Source: Tissierellia bacterium
Lineage (GTDB): Bacteria; Bacillota; Clostridia; Tissierellales; Tissierellaceae
Assembly (NCBI GenBank): GCA_012518035.1
Contig: JAAYTL010000001.1
Span: 20,374 to 84,373, forward strand
Direction: 5' to 3'
DNA: 64,000 nucleotides
The notes under the pieces were generated by a model. The model ran no database searches and had not been told where the DNA came from. It was given only the letters and a program-made list of their open reading frames with translations. The position numbers and the translations under genes were made by a program. This document shows positions 47,406 to 57,559 of this stretch, one piece after another; within the stretch, counting starts at the first letter, position 1, and the number at the start of each line of letters is the position of its first letter.

Positions 47406-48451
47406 AATAATCCCTCCAAATTCTCCTTGCTTATCTCCTTAATAAAAAATGCCAATAGCTTTCCTGTGTCTTTAATGTCAGACATGTCAATCACTTCAAC
47501 CGAAGTATGCATATATCTTAGGGGTATGGATAAGACCAAGGCTGGGATACCTTCTTTGGTTATTTGTATTGCCCTCGCATCTGTTCCTGTAGGTCCAACA
47601 TTGATTTCCATTTGATAAGGAATGTTATATTCATCGGCTACTGAGACTAGCTTCTTCCTTAGTCCTGGATGAATATTACCTCCTAGGGTTATTCCTGGCC
47701 CCTTACCCAGCTCTATAGTGTCAGCATCACCTAGCTCTGGGGTCGCACCAAAACCAACATCTACAGCTATCCCTATATCAGGGTTTATCCTATATGCAGC
47801 TGTAAAGGCGCCTGCCATGCTAACTTCTTCCTGTACTGTGATAACAAAATATATGTCCGCCTCATGATCTAATTTGCTTAACTCCTTAAGGCATTCATAT
47901 AGGGCAACTACTCCAGCCCTATCATCAAGGGCCTTGCCTGATACCCTATTGTTTTTTAGTCTTGTAAAGGACCTCTTGATGGTTATAGGATCTCCAACCT
48001 TTACAAGCTCTTTTGCCTGAGGATAAGGTAGTCCTATATCAATTGTCATATCCTTCATCTTTATTGCCTTATCGCCTTCATCAGGCTCCTGTAAATGGGG
48101 TGGCTTGGCTCCAATCACACCAAAAAGCTTCTCCTTGCCATGGACAAGGACCTCTTGACCTAGGATGGTCCTAGGGTCAATCCCACCTACACTAGTAAAC
48201 CTTAAAAATCCGTTTTCTTCTATATCCTTTACCATAAGACCTATCTCGTCCATATGGGCAGCCAACATAATCCTAATGCTGCTTTCAGAAGACTTCCCCT
48301 TCTTAAGAATTGTAATATTTCCTAATCTATCAAGGCTAACTTCATCTGCATATTCTTCAAAATATGAAATAATTTTCTCATTCAAGGTATATTCAAAACC
48401 AGAAACACCGTTATGATTAGATAAAACTTCTAGAAAATCTAAGTTTGACAA
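47396..48451 (-). CDS. M42 family metallopeptidase, paralogue 1
   Basis: AAHMDEIGLMV, LDDRAGV, VQEEVSMAGA and RYMHT motifs. TTG start. Confidence 0.85.
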   Translation of the reverse strand: MSNLDFLEVLSNHNGVSGFEYTLNEKIISYFEEYADEVSLDRLGNITILKKGKSSESSIRIMLAAHMDEIGLMVKDIEENGFLRFTSVGGIDPRTILGQEVLVHGKEKLFGVIGAKPPHLQEPDEGDKAIKMKDMTIDIGLPYPQAKELVKVGDPITIKRSFTRLKNNRVSGKALDDRAGVVALYECLKELSKLDHEADIYFVITVQEEVSMAGAFTAAYRINPDIGIAVDVGFGATPELGDADTIELGKGPGITLGGNIHPGLRKKLVSVADEYNIPYQMEINVGPTGTDARAIQITKEGIPALVLSIPLRYMHTSVEVIDMSDIKDTGKLLAFFIKEISKENLEGLLCY

Positions 48452-48481
48452 TCCAAATCAATCCCCTCTATAATAAATCTC

Positions 48482-48524
48482 TACAAAGGAAAGTACTAAA
48501 GCTATTATTTAATAACTTTAGTAC
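48482..48524 (-). terminator. hairpin after ispH/rpsA (possible terminator)
   Basis: GTACTAAAG / CTTTAGTAC 9-bp stem with a 14-nt loop. A T-rich tract follows on the minus strand. Confidence 0.4.
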
Positions 48525-48531
48525 CTACCTC

Positions 48532-50790
48532 TTATTTATTATTGATTATATCTTCTATTGTGGCATCAATATCTTCATTGACTATGGTTACTTCATCTTC
48601 ACCAGCTGGCTCTTCCTTAGTTTCTTCAGCCTCTCCTAGCTCCTCTTCTTCCTTTGCTTCCTCTTCCTTGAGGGCTTCCTTGATGCTAAGGCTAATCTTT
48701 CTCTCCTCGTCATTGATATCGATTACCTTAACCTTAACTTCTTGACCAAGACTTAGTACATCTGATGGTTTAGGTACGTGCTCCTTAGATATTTGAGAGA
48801 CATGCAATAGACCATCAACACCACTTTCAAGCCTAATAAAGGCACCAAAATCAAGTAGATTTACTACCTTACCTTCCACTATATCGCCAACATTTACGGT
48901 CTTAGTAAAGGTTACCCAAGGCTCTTCTATGGTTTGCTTTAGGCCTAAAGAAATTCTGTTTTTCTCCTTATCAAAGGATAGGACTTGTACTTCTACCTTA
49001 TCGCCAGGATTAACAACTTCAGATGGATGCTTTACCCTATGCCAGGATAGGTCAGATATATGGATTAAACCATCTACGCCACCCAAATCTACGAAAGCAC
49101 CAAAGTCAGTTAGTCTTTGAACAGTACCTTGGATGATCTTGTTCTCCTCTAGGCTATCCCAAAGAGCCTCTCTTTTTATCTCAAGTTCTTTTTTCTCTAA
49201 TTCCTTTCTAGAAAGGATAAGTCTTCTCTTTTCCTTATCAAAATCAATAATTTCTACTTTAAGAACCTGTTTTACATAAGAGTCCAAGTTTGATACATAA
49301 TTTACTGACACATGAGAAGCTGGTATGAAGCCTTCAACCCCGTCTACTAGGGCTATTAAGCCTCCCTTTACCACCCTTAGAACCTTAGCTTCTAAAATGT
49401 CCTTGTTTTTAAAGTTCTCTTCTAGGCTATCCCATTTCTTCAGGTCCTCTACCCTTTTTGCAGAAAGAACAACATTTCCTTCACCATCATCATTTCTTAG
49501 GACATAGACGTATATTTCATCGCCTTGTTTATAGAGGTCCTTAGGATTTACATCTGTATCACTCGTTAGCTCATCCCTAGTGATAATTCCATCGGATTTA
49601 TAATTAATGTTAACCATGACTTCGTTATCAGTTACAAAAAGCACCTCACCTTTGATAACATCTCCACGACGAATCTTAGTAAAGGTATTCTCCAAAGCCT
49701 CCATCATTTCGTCGGTGATTTCATTATTTCCTTCTTCAACTTCCTCTTCTGCCACTTCGGCCTCTTCTGTAACTACCAGATCTTCTTCATTTTCTTCAGC
49801 TACATCAGCCTCTTCAACAGCCTCTTCTTCAGAAGATGTTGCTTCCATTTCTTCTGTTACTTCCTCTACTTTTAGGTCTTCTTCCTTCTTGTCAAGCCCC
49901 TCCTTGACATCTTGTACCTCTTCAGCCCTTAATTCTTCATTATTAGTTTCCTTATTAATATTGTCCATTGCCTCAATAGCCTCCTTAATTATCCAATCAG
50001 GTGTAGATGCACCTGCTGTTATTCCTATTGTATTAAATTTTGTTAGTTCTTGTAAAGGTAAATCTTTAATGGTCTCAATTTGATATACATAATCACAATG
50101 TTTCCTACTTATTTCAGCAAGTTTCCTGGTATTAGAACTAGTATATCCTCCTATAACTATCATGGCATCAACTTCTTTAGCTAGATCCTCAGTAGCCTCC
50201 TGACGATTCTTGGTCGCCTTACAAATAGTATTAAATATTTCTACTTCCCTACCCTTATCTTTGATTGCTTCTGATAGGATATCAAATTTCTCCTTAGTAT
50301 TTGTAGTTTGTGACACAACACATATTTTATCCATAAATGGCAATTGGTTAACCTCTTCTAGGCTGTTGACCACATACGCTTCTCCAGCTTGGGAATAACC
50401 CTTAATGCCAATAACTTCTGGATGGTCCTTATTACCAATTATAACAATATTGTAACCTTCAGAGCTATATTTTTCAACTCTTTTGTGTACTGCCTTTACA
50501 TAGGGACAGGTTGAATCAACAACGCTTAATCCCTTAGCCTTCATCTCCTCTTCTATGAGTTTTGGTACCCCATGGGACCTGATAATAATTCGACCATCTT
50601 GGACTTCATTATAATCCTCTACTGTTATTAAACCATCTTTCTCCAGTTTGTCTACTGCTTGCGGATTATGTATTAAAGGTCCATAAGAGTATAATCTATT
50701 TGAATCTGATTCAAGTTCAGATTTTGTCATATCCACGGCTCTTTTTACTCCAAAACAAAAGCCTGAATGTTCAGCTATGATTACCTTCAT
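48532..50790 (-). CDS. ispH: bifunctional IspH (HMBPP reductase) / ribosomal protein S1 fusion
   Basis: N-terminal ~280 aa is LytB/IspH with three Cys motifs (GFCFGV, STCPYV, NTICKAT). An ~85-aa acidic linker follows, then four S1 repeats (for example IIQGTVQRLTDFGAFVDL and GDIVEGKVVNLLDFGAFIRL). cmk-rpsA synteny. Confidence 0.9.
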   Translation of the reverse strand: MKVIIAEHSGFCFGVKRAVDMTKSELESDSNRLYSYGPLIHNPQAVDKLEKDGLITVEDYNEVQDGRIIIRSHGVPKLIEEEMKAKGLSVVDSTCPYVKAVHKRVEKYSSEGYNIVIIGNKDHPEVIGIKGYSQAGEAYVVNSLEEVNQLPFMDKICVVSQTTNTKEKFDILSEAIKDKGREVEIFNTICKATKNRQEATEDLAKEVDAMIVIGGYTSSNTRKLAEISRKHCDYVYQIETIKDLPLQELTKFNTIGITAGASTPDWIIKEAIEAMDNINKETNNEELRAEEVQDVKEGLDKKEEDLKVEEVTEEMEATSSEEEAVEEADVAEENEEDLVVTEEAEVAEEEVEEGNNEITDEMMEALENTFTKIRRGDVIKGEVLFVTDNEVMVNINYKSDGIITRDELTSDTDVNPKDLYKQGDEIYVYVLRNDDGEGNVVLSAKRVEDLKKWDSLEENFKNKDILEAKVLRVVKGGLIALVDGVEGFIPASHVSVNYVSNLDSYVKQVLKVEIIDFDKEKRRLILSRKELEKKELEIKREALWDSLEENKIIQGTVQRLTDFGAFVDLGGVDGLIHISDLSWHRVKHPSEVVNPGDKVEVQVLSFDKEKNRISLGLKQTIEEPWVTFTKTVNVGDIVEGKVVNLLDFGAFIRLESGVDGLLHVSQISKEHVPKPSDVLSLGQEVKVKVIDINDEERKISLSIKEALKEEEAKEEEELGEAEETKEEPAGEDEVTIVNEDIDATIEDIINNK

Positions 50791-51379
50791 TAATTTCCTC
50801 CTGCGGTTTTAGACTATATATAGTAGAAAGAACATGTTTGCTCATATTTAGATAATCTTCATTACTTGGCCTATCTTCTACCATATTAGATAAGTCTATG
50901 GTCTTTCCAATATAAATATTGATTTTACTAAAAATTTTATAATTGCCTTCTATATAGATTGGTAAAATGGGTGCCCCAGATCTTATTCCTAGCATGGCAA
51001 CACCAGATTTTGCATTATCTAAATCAAATTCCTTAACCCTGGTTCCTTCAGGAAATAGGCCAAGAACTCCTTCATTTTTTAACAACCTTAAGGATGTTCT
51101 GATGGCACTCAGGTCACTTCCATCCCTATCAACGGGGAAGACAGTAAGTTTTGATAAAATAGCTGCTAGGAGTTTATTCTTAAACAATTCCTTCTTCCCC
51201 ATCCAAGAAATCTGTCTTGGAAAGGCAATGGAAATAAATATTGGATCCCAGGCACTGGCATGGTTGGAGCAGATTATCAACTTTCCTTCGAGAGGAAGAT
51301 TTTCTAGACCGTGAGCCCTGATTCTATAAAAGATACCTAAAATTACCTTGGCTAAACCTTTAACAAAACTATAAAACAT
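50771..51379 (-). CDS. plsC: 1-acyl-sn-glycerol-3-phosphate acyltransferase
   Basis: HxxxxD motif CSNHASAWDP and the FPEGTR motif. 20-nt overlap with ispH. Confidence 0.88.
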   Translation of the reverse strand: MFYSFVKGLAKVILGIFYRIRAHGLENLPLEGKLIICSNHASAWDPIFISIAFPRQISWMGKKELFKNKLLAAILSKLTVFPVDRDGSDLSAIRTSLRLLKNEGVLGLFPEGTRVKEFDLDNAKSGVAMLGIRSGAPILPIYIEGNYKIFSKINIYIGKTIDLSNMVEDRPSNEDYLNMSKHVLSTIYSLKPQEEINEGNHS

Positions 51380-52045
51380 TTAGCTACCTCCAGTGACAAT
51401 TGAAATAATAAAGTCAACTGACTCATCTATTGTTCTATTAGTAGTATCTAAAACATGGGCATCTTCAGCCTGGATTAAGGGACCAATCTCACGGTTACTA
51501 TCGATTTCATCCCTTTTAACTATATCTGCTACAATATCTTCTAGGCTTATATTCTTTTCTCCCCTATCTAGGAGCTCCTTGTATCTTCTCCTGGCCCTCT
51601 CATCTACTGATGCTGTTACATAAAACTTATAATTGGCATCAGGTAGAACTACTGTCCCAATATCCCTGCCATCCATAATTACATTCTTAGTTTTAGCCAT
51701 GGATTGCTGAAGATGAACTAGAATCTCTCTTACTTCTTTGATACGGGCTATATAGGAAACATTCTTAGAAACGATATTCTGCCTGATTTCCTTATCTACG
51801 ATGACACCATCTAAATATATGCTATTATTAATAAAATCAATATTTGTATTCTTGAGTATTTCAATTACACCCTGGGTATCCTTAACGTCAATCTTATTTT
51901 TTAATACCTTATAGGTCAAAGCCCTATACATGGCACCGGTGTCTATATATTCGATATTTAGTTTTTTCGCTACCTCTTTAGCAATTGTGCTCTTCCCTGA
52001 AGCTGATGGGCCATCAATTGCAATTGAATAATTGTCATTATTCAT
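51380..52045 (-). CDS. cmk: cytidylate kinase
   Basis: P-loop IAIDGPSASGKST. Confidence 0.94.
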   Translation of the reverse strand: MNNDNYSIAIDGPSASGKSTIAKEVAKKLNIEYIDTGAMYRALTYKVLKNKIDVKDTQGVIEILKNTNIDFINNSIYLDGVIVDKEIRQNIVSKNVSYIARIKEVREILVHLQQSMAKTKNVIMDGRDIGTVVLPDANYKFYVTASVDERARRRYKELLDRGEKNISLEDIVADIVKRDEIDSNREIGPLIQAEDAHVLDTTNRTIDESVDFIISIVTGGS

Positions 52046-52173
52046 TCAATTCCTCCTCTGTATTCCTTTACCCGTGGGTGTATATCAATGACTCACTACC
52101 TAATAATTATATATTAAATATGCTTTCTATACAAGTAATATTAGGCCCTTGAACATGGAGAAGGATAGAATCC

Positions 52174-53394
52174 CTATATGTTCATACCTGCCAGATAACC
52201 GGTAGAATAGGCAATTTGTAAATTATATCCTCCTGTCAGAGCATCGACATCAATTATTTCACCAGCAAAGTATAGGTTTGGGATTAGTTTGGACTCCATG
52301 GTGGAAGGATTGATCTCCTGGGTATCCACCCCTCCTGATGTTACTATTGCCTCTTCAATTGGCCTAAACCCCTTAAATTCTAGTAGGAAGTTCTTCATAG
52401 TATTTAGAATCTGGTGCCTTTCATCCCTGCTTACTTGGTTGACACTTTTTTCTGGATTTACCTTGGAAAACTTAATAACCCACGGGATTATCCTCTGGGG
52501 TAGTAAATCATCCAGGGCATTTTTTACCTGCCTATTCTTATATTCTTCAAAATCCCTTAGGATCCTATTGTCAAGCTTATTAAAATCTAGGGCAGGTTTT
52601 AAATCAATCATTAGTTTCAGTTTATCCTTATGGTACCTGTTGATATAATTACTTGTGGTCAAGGCAATGGGTCCTGAAATCCCAAAGTGGGTGAATAACA
52701 TCTCTCCAAATTCTTCATGGACTAGTCTATCAGCAACTAAAGTTTTTAGCCTAACATTCCTTAATGAAAGACCCTGCAAGTCCTTAAGCCATTCTCCATC
52801 TATAACAAGAGGAACCAAGGAGGGTTTTAAGGGTATTATCCTGTGGCCTAGATTCTTGGCGAACCTATATCCATCCCCTGTAGAGCCTGTTAATGGATAG
52901 GACTTTCCTCCTGTAGCTATGATTACTCCATCAAATTCCAGAGATTCATTATCTACCTTTACCTTAAACTTATTATCCTGGTAATCTATACTCTTAACAT
53001 TGGAACTAAGCTTAAGTTTAACTCCACTATCCATTAGTAGTTCCTTGAAGGCCTTAATAACATCACTGGACTTGTCACTTACAGGAAATACCCTATTTCC
53101 CCTTTCCACCTTGATATCTAAACCATACTTCTTCAAAAGATTGATAATATCATCATTGGTAAAGGAGTATAGACTACTATACAAAAATTCCTTATTGGTA
53201 GGGATGTTGTCAAAGAATTCATCTATAGGGGCTGCATTGGTAATATTGCATCTTCCCTTCCCTGTAATATAAAGTTTTCTACCTATCTTATTGTTCTTTT
53301 CAAATAAGCTTACGTCTAATCCCCTAGAGGCAGCCACACTGGAAGCAATAAGACCTGCCGGTCCTGCACCTATAACACATATTTTTTTAGTCAT
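52174..53394 (-). CDS. HI0933/YhiN-family FAD-dependent flavoprotein
   Basis: Dinucleotide fold VIGAGPAGL and GKGRCNITN typical of the family. SD AAGAGGGA favours ATG 53394. Confidence 0.82.
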   Translation of the reverse strand: MTKKICVIGAGPAGLIASSVAASRGLDVSLFEKNNKIGRKLYITGKGRCNITNAAPIDEFFDNIPTNKEFLYSSLYSFTNDDIINLLKKYGLDIKVERGNRVFPVSDKSSDVIKAFKELLMDSGVKLKLSSNVKSIDYQDNKFKVKVDNESLEFDGVIIATGGKSYPLTGSTGDGYRFAKNLGHRIIPLKPSLVPLVIDGEWLKDLQGLSLRNVRLKTLVADRLVHEEFGEMLFTHFGISGPIALTTSNYINRYHKDKLKLMIDLKPALDFNKLDNRILRDFEEYKNRQVKNALDDLLPQRIIPWVIKFSKVNPEKSVNQVSRDERHQILNTMKNFLLEFKGFRPIEEAIVTSGGVDTQEINPSTMESKLIPNLYFAGEIIDVDALTGGYNLQIAYSTGYLAGMNI

Positions 53395-53474
53395 AGAATC
53401 CCTCTTCATGTAAATTATATTTTTTTATCGTTATCATTTATGATAAGATTTCTTATGATATAATATATCTCATT

Positions 53475-54341
53475 TTATGTCTCACTTCGTTCATAGATGT
53501 CATATCTTTCCCATATCTCTTCAAGTTGAATAAAGTAGTTATTCAAGTCTTCCTTACTCTTGTTACCTAAGGATATAATGAAGGAGTTTATCAAGCTCAT
53601 TGGTGCTACCAGGGAATCAATGAAGGATAGCATATCACTAACTGCAATCAGTGATATATCTGACTTTTCCGCTAATGGAGAAAGTTTGCTATCGGTTAAT
53701 GATATGATGGTGACATTTTTCTCCCTTACGAAGTCTACTACCTCAATAATCCTCTTAGAATACCTGGGGTAGGTTATAACTATTAAAACATCATCAGAAG
53801 TAATTCTAAGAAGCTGTTCGAATATATCGTTGGATTCTGACCTAATAACATGTACATCATCTAAAATAAAATTCAAGTAAAAGCCCAGATAGCCTGCTAG
53901 GAAGGATGAGGTCCTTAAGCCAACAATGTATTTCTTCTTGGCATTAAGTACTATGTCCACAGCCTCATTAAATTTTTCTAAATTTATTTCATTGATGGTT
54001 TTCTTGATGTTTTCCATATCCCTTTCCATGAGTTTGGGTAAGGTGTCATCATTTGAATACTCCCTCTCTGCCAGGTTAAGCCTTTGGATGGTGGTCAATT
54101 TGTTTTTAATTAAGCCTTGAAGGTCCTTCTGTAAATCCCGATAGCCCTCATATCCCAATCTGTTGGCAAATCTTACAACCGTTGATTCACTAATGTCTAT
54201 AGCTTGGCCCAGGGCTGCGGCTGTCATGAAGGCTGCCTTATCATAATCTTCTAATATGAAATTTGCGATTAGCTTATGTCCCTTACTTAGCCTAGGGTAT
54301 TCTTCCTTAATCTTCTTAATCAAATCAATATTTCTATCCAT
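53475..54341 (-). CDS. MurR/RpiR family transcriptional regulator (HTH + SIS)
   Basis: N-terminal HTH_6 (ALGQAIDISESTVVRFANRLGY) and a C-terminal SIS domain pattern. Confidence 0.82.
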   Translation of the reverse strand: MDRNIDLIKKIKEEYPRLSKGHKLIANFILEDYDKAAFMTAAALGQAIDISESTVVRFANRLGYEGYRDLQKDLQGLIKNKLTTIQRLNLAEREYSNDDTLPKLMERDMENIKKTINEINLEKFNEAVDIVLNAKKKYIVGLRTSSFLAGYLGFYLNFILDDVHVIRSESNDIFEQLLRITSDDVLIVITYPRYSKRIIEVVDFVREKNVTIISLTDSKLSPLAEKSDISLIAVSDMLSFIDSLVAPMSLINSFIISLGNKSKEDLNNYFIQLEEIWERYDIYERSET

Positions 54342-54435
54342 AACTTCACCCCTTTTTCCTATGAAATCTATTTATAATAATCCTATCAAATACCAGGTTT
54401 TACTGCAAGATAATCTGCATTTGTATGACAATTCA

Positions 54436-54472
54436 TAAAAACACACATCCTATAGAATATATAGGTGTGTGT
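54436..54472 (-). terminator. terminator after the methyltransferase gene
   Basis: Minus strand reads ACACACACCTATA...TATAGGATGTGTGT followed by TTTTTA. Confidence 0.7.
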
Positions 54473-54474
54473 TA

Positions 54475-55053
54475 TCATTCCTTACTAGACTTTTCTATTA
54501 GATATATTAGTGGAGGCATATTTTTTTGATTGAGAAATTCACTTCTTAAGACGTTAAACTGACCTTGATCAAGCCTTCCCAAATATTCTTCTAGGGCTAT
54601 TTTCTCTTCCAATCCTCCAGGATGTCCAATATAAGATACTATAAGCATAATTCCATTCTCTTTAAGAAGCTCCAGTGCCTTGGAAACACTAGTAAGGGTA
54701 GAGTCAGCCCTAGTTATTATCCTCTTATCACCCCTGGGAAGATAACCCAGGTTATATACGATAAGGTCTAAGGGCTCCTGAATATACTCATCTATCTTCT
54801 CATGGCTATCATGGATCAGGTAGACACGGTCTAGAAGGTTGTTTTCCTCAAGTAGCTTCCTAGTCCTAGCTATGGCCTCTTCCTGTATATCAAATCCGTA
54901 AACCATCCCCCTGCTTCCTACTAATTTACTAAGAATCAAGGTATCATTTCCATTACCTACAGTGGCATCAACTACAATATCACCATCCTTAACAAAGCGA
55001 TTAAGTAAGTCCTTGGACAGTGATATGGTATTTCTAATTTTTTTGTATCTCAA
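54475..55053 (-). CDS. YtqB/MnmM-like class I SAM-dependent methyltransferase
   Basis: VVDATVGNGNDT SAM-binding motif and about 190 aa in length. TTG start after SD AGGGGGA. Confidence 0.72.
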   Translation of the reverse strand: MRYKKIRNTISLSKDLLNRFVKDGDIVVDATVGNGNDTLILSKLVGSRGMVYGFDIQEEAIARTRKLLEENNLLDRVYLIHDSHEKIDEYIQEPLDLIVYNLGYLPRGDKRIITRADSTLTSVSKALELLKENGIMLIVSYIGHPGGLEEKIALEEYLGRLDQGQFNVLRSEFLNQKNMPPLIYLIEKSSKE

Positions 55054-55064
55054 TTATATCCCCC

Positions 55065-55772
55065 TTATAAGCTTCTTAAATATAAAAGTTCCTCATCATC
55101 CAAGTACCTCCAATTGCCAATATCCAAACCGCCAAGTTGGAGTTCTCCAATAGCTACCCTCTTAAGTTTTTTAACAGGATGGTTAATAGCCTCACACATA
55201 TTCTTTACCTGCCTATTCCGTCCTTCATGGATCCTAATATCCAGGATGGAATCACTTTCAAATCTTTTTAAAACCTTAATATAGGCCTTGGCTGTTTTCC
55301 TCCCATCGATAACTAGACCATTTCTAAAGCTTTCAAGCTCTGCCCTGTTGGGAGTGCCTTCAACTACTGCAATGTATTTCTTTAAAATCTCATTCCTAGG
55401 ATGCATAAGTTTGTTTGCCAAATCCCCATCATTGGTGAGAATCAGCAAACCTGATGTATCTATGTCCAACCTTCCAACTGGATAGATCCTTTCCTTAACC
55501 CCCTCAATTAAATCAGTCACTACCCTCCTACCCTTGTCATCCTTAAGGCTAGTTACATAGCCAACTGGCTTATTTAGCATAATGTAAACCATCTTTTCCT
55601 CTAACCGAATTACTTTGTTGTTAACCTTTACTATATCCCTATCAGGGTCAACCTTAAATCCAAGCTCCTCTACTATCCTGCCATTGACCTTGACCAAGCC
55701 AGCCTCTATCATCTCTTCAGCCTTTCGTCTAGAAGCAACTCCACATTTTGCCATATATTTTTGCAATCTCAT
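55065..55772 (-). CDS. rluB: 23S rRNA pseudouridine synthase (RluB/RsuA family)
   Basis: N-terminal S4 domain and catalytic GRLDIDTSGLLILTNDG. Confidence 0.9.
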   Translation of the reverse strand: MRLQKYMAKCGVASRRKAEEMIEAGLVKVNGRIVEELGFKVDPDRDIVKVNNKVIRLEEKMVYIMLNKPVGYVTSLKDDKGRRVVTDLIEGVKERIYPVGRLDIDTSGLLILTNDGDLANKLMHPRNEILKKYIAVVEGTPNRAELESFRNGLVIDGRKTAKAYIKVLKRFESDSILDIRIHEGRNRQVKNMCEAINHPVKKLKRVAIGELQLGGLDIGNWRYLDDEELLYLRSL

Positions 55773-55844
55773 TATAATCCCCCTATATTTTTCTACCTAT
55801 TTATTACCCTATTTTCAACAATGTATATATATTTCCATTTCATT

Positions 55845-56939
55845 TTAGTAAATAAAGTCAAGCAACCTATCCAATATTGTCTTCTTACTTACTCTTTTTT
55901 GAGCTACTAAATTATCACTCTTAACCAGTACCCCATCCAGATATGTCTCAATCTTCCCTAAGGTCTGACCCTTCTCTATGGGCAAATCAATATCTTTAAA
56001 GGGACTTATGCTTACCTTGACAGATTGCGTCTCTTCTTGGTTCAGCGGGTAGATTAAGTCCTTTTCTGCCACCAGATTTAAGTCTACAGCATCATCTCCC
56101 ACCTGAATCTTACCCATTAATTGGCCCCTATTATAGATGGTGTAGGGCTTGTAATTTTCAAAACCATAATCCAACAAGGCGTAATTATCCTTGAACCAAT
56201 CAGGAGCATTTAGACTTACAGCTATCAACCTCATACCCTCCCTCTGGGCAGTGGATACTAGGCACCTTCCTGCTGCCCTGGTATATCCAGTTTTAACACC
56301 ATCACCACCTGGGTACTCCCATAAGGTCTTATTTTTATTGACAAAGTAGGCATCCTGCTTCCTATTGGCCTTATAGGACTTAGAACCAACTATTTCCCTA
56401 AACATTTCATGCTTTAAGGCCTCCCTGGTTATTAGGGCCAGATCATAGGCTGTTGAATAATGATCATCATGACTTAAACCGTGGGGATTGGTAAAATGGG
56501 TGTTCAGAGCATTTAAGGATCTAGCCCTTTGGTTCATTAGATTTACAAACTCCTCTTCATCCTCACATATATGGTTAGCTATGGCCACAGCAGAGTCATT
56601 ACCTGAATTCAGCATCAAGCCATAAAGCAAATCCTTCATGGAGATTCTTTCCTTGTTCTTAAGGTAGATACTAGACCCCTCAATATCTATGGACCTTTCA
56701 TCTATTAGAATCTGATCATCTAGCTTGCTGTTTTCTAAGGCTAAAAGGGCCGTCATTATCTTGGTGGTGCTAGCCATGGGCATTTTAGTGTGGGCATTTT
56801 TTTCCACTAGTACCCTCCCACCACTTTCATCCATAAGAATATAGGATTGAGCACTTAGGTTGAGTCCCTGGGCATGTGATGGGTCCTGTGAAAATAATAG
56901 AATTGACATAAATAATAGGGTTATGAGCTTTTTGAGCAA
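55845..56939 (-). CDS. D-alanyl-D-alanine carboxypeptidase (S11), DacB-like
   Basis: Signal peptide, then SxxK ASTTKIMT, SGN LNSGNDSA and KTG KTGYT. Position after scpA-scpB as for dacB in Bacillus. Confidence 0.85.
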   Translation of the reverse strand: MLKKLITLLFMSILLFSQDPSHAQGLNLSAQSYILMDESGGRVLVEKNAHTKMPMASTTKIMTALLALENSKLDDQILIDERSIDIEGSSIYLKNKERISMKDLLYGLMLNSGNDSAVAIANHICEDEEEFVNLMNQRARSLNALNTHFTNPHGLSHDDHYSTAYDLALITREALKHEMFREIVGSKSYKANRKQDAYFVNKNKTLWEYPGGDGVKTGYTRAAGRCLVSTAQREGMRLIAVSLNAPDWFKDNYALLDYGFENYKPYTIYNRGQLMGKIQVGDDAVDLNLVAEKDLIYPLNQEETQSVKVSISPFKDIDLPIEKGQTLGKIETYLDGVLVKSDNLVAQKRVSKKTILDRLLDFIY

Positions 56940-56974
56940 TTCATTACCTCCTTATTTTATCATATCTATTATCT

Positions 56975-57009
56975 TGCCAAAAAAAAGAAAAATAATACAG
57001 GGTATTATT
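56975..57009 (-). terminator. weak AT-rich terminator overlapping the scpB stop
   Basis: Minus strand reads AATAATA-CCCTG-TATTATT followed by TTTCTTTTTTTT. Confidence 0.35.
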
Positions 57010-57556
57010 CTTCATACTCATTAAACTCCTCGTCTATCCTCACCACCATCTCCTGGAAATCCGGTAAATCATCCAAGGATTCTAAGGAGAAAAGCCTTAA
57101 GAATTCATCAGTTGTACCGTAAACAATAGGTCTACCTATCTTATCCAGGCGGCCCAATTCTTGTACTAGCTTCTTTTCCATCAAGGTTTCTAAAGACCTA
57201 TCACTTTTTACCCCCCTGATATTATCAATCTCAGATTTAATAATGGGTTGTCTATAGGCAATAATCGCCAGGGTCTCCATAGCGGCATTTGACAGACTCC
57301 TATTGGGCTTGGTATGGTTTAGCTTTTTTATCCATTGGTAGTGTTCTGGCCTAGTACTTAACTGGTATGTATCATTTGCCTTTACTATCCTTACTCCCCT
57401 TCTATTATAATCAAAATCATCCATCATCTCTTCAAGTAGGCTAGTAACCTCTTCCTTATCCATTTCTAATATAGTGGATATATCTTCAGCTGTTAGAGGG
57501 TCACCCCAAATAAACAACAAACCTTCTATAATGGATTTTATCTCCCTTATGTCCAT
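57005..57556 (-). CDS. scpB: segregation and condensation protein B
   Basis: IEGLLFIWGDPL N-terminus and two wHTH repeats. Confidence 0.9.
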   Translation of the reverse strand: MDIREIKSIIEGLLFIWGDPLTAEDISTILEMDKEEVTSLLEEMMDDFDYNRRGVRIVKANDTYQLSTRPEHYQWIKKLNHTKPNRSLSNAAMETLAIIAYRQPIIKSEIDNIRGVKSDRSLETLMEKKLVQELGRLDKIGRPIVYGTTDEFLRLFSLESLDDLPDFQEMVVRIDEEFNEYEE

Positions 57557-57559
57557 AAA

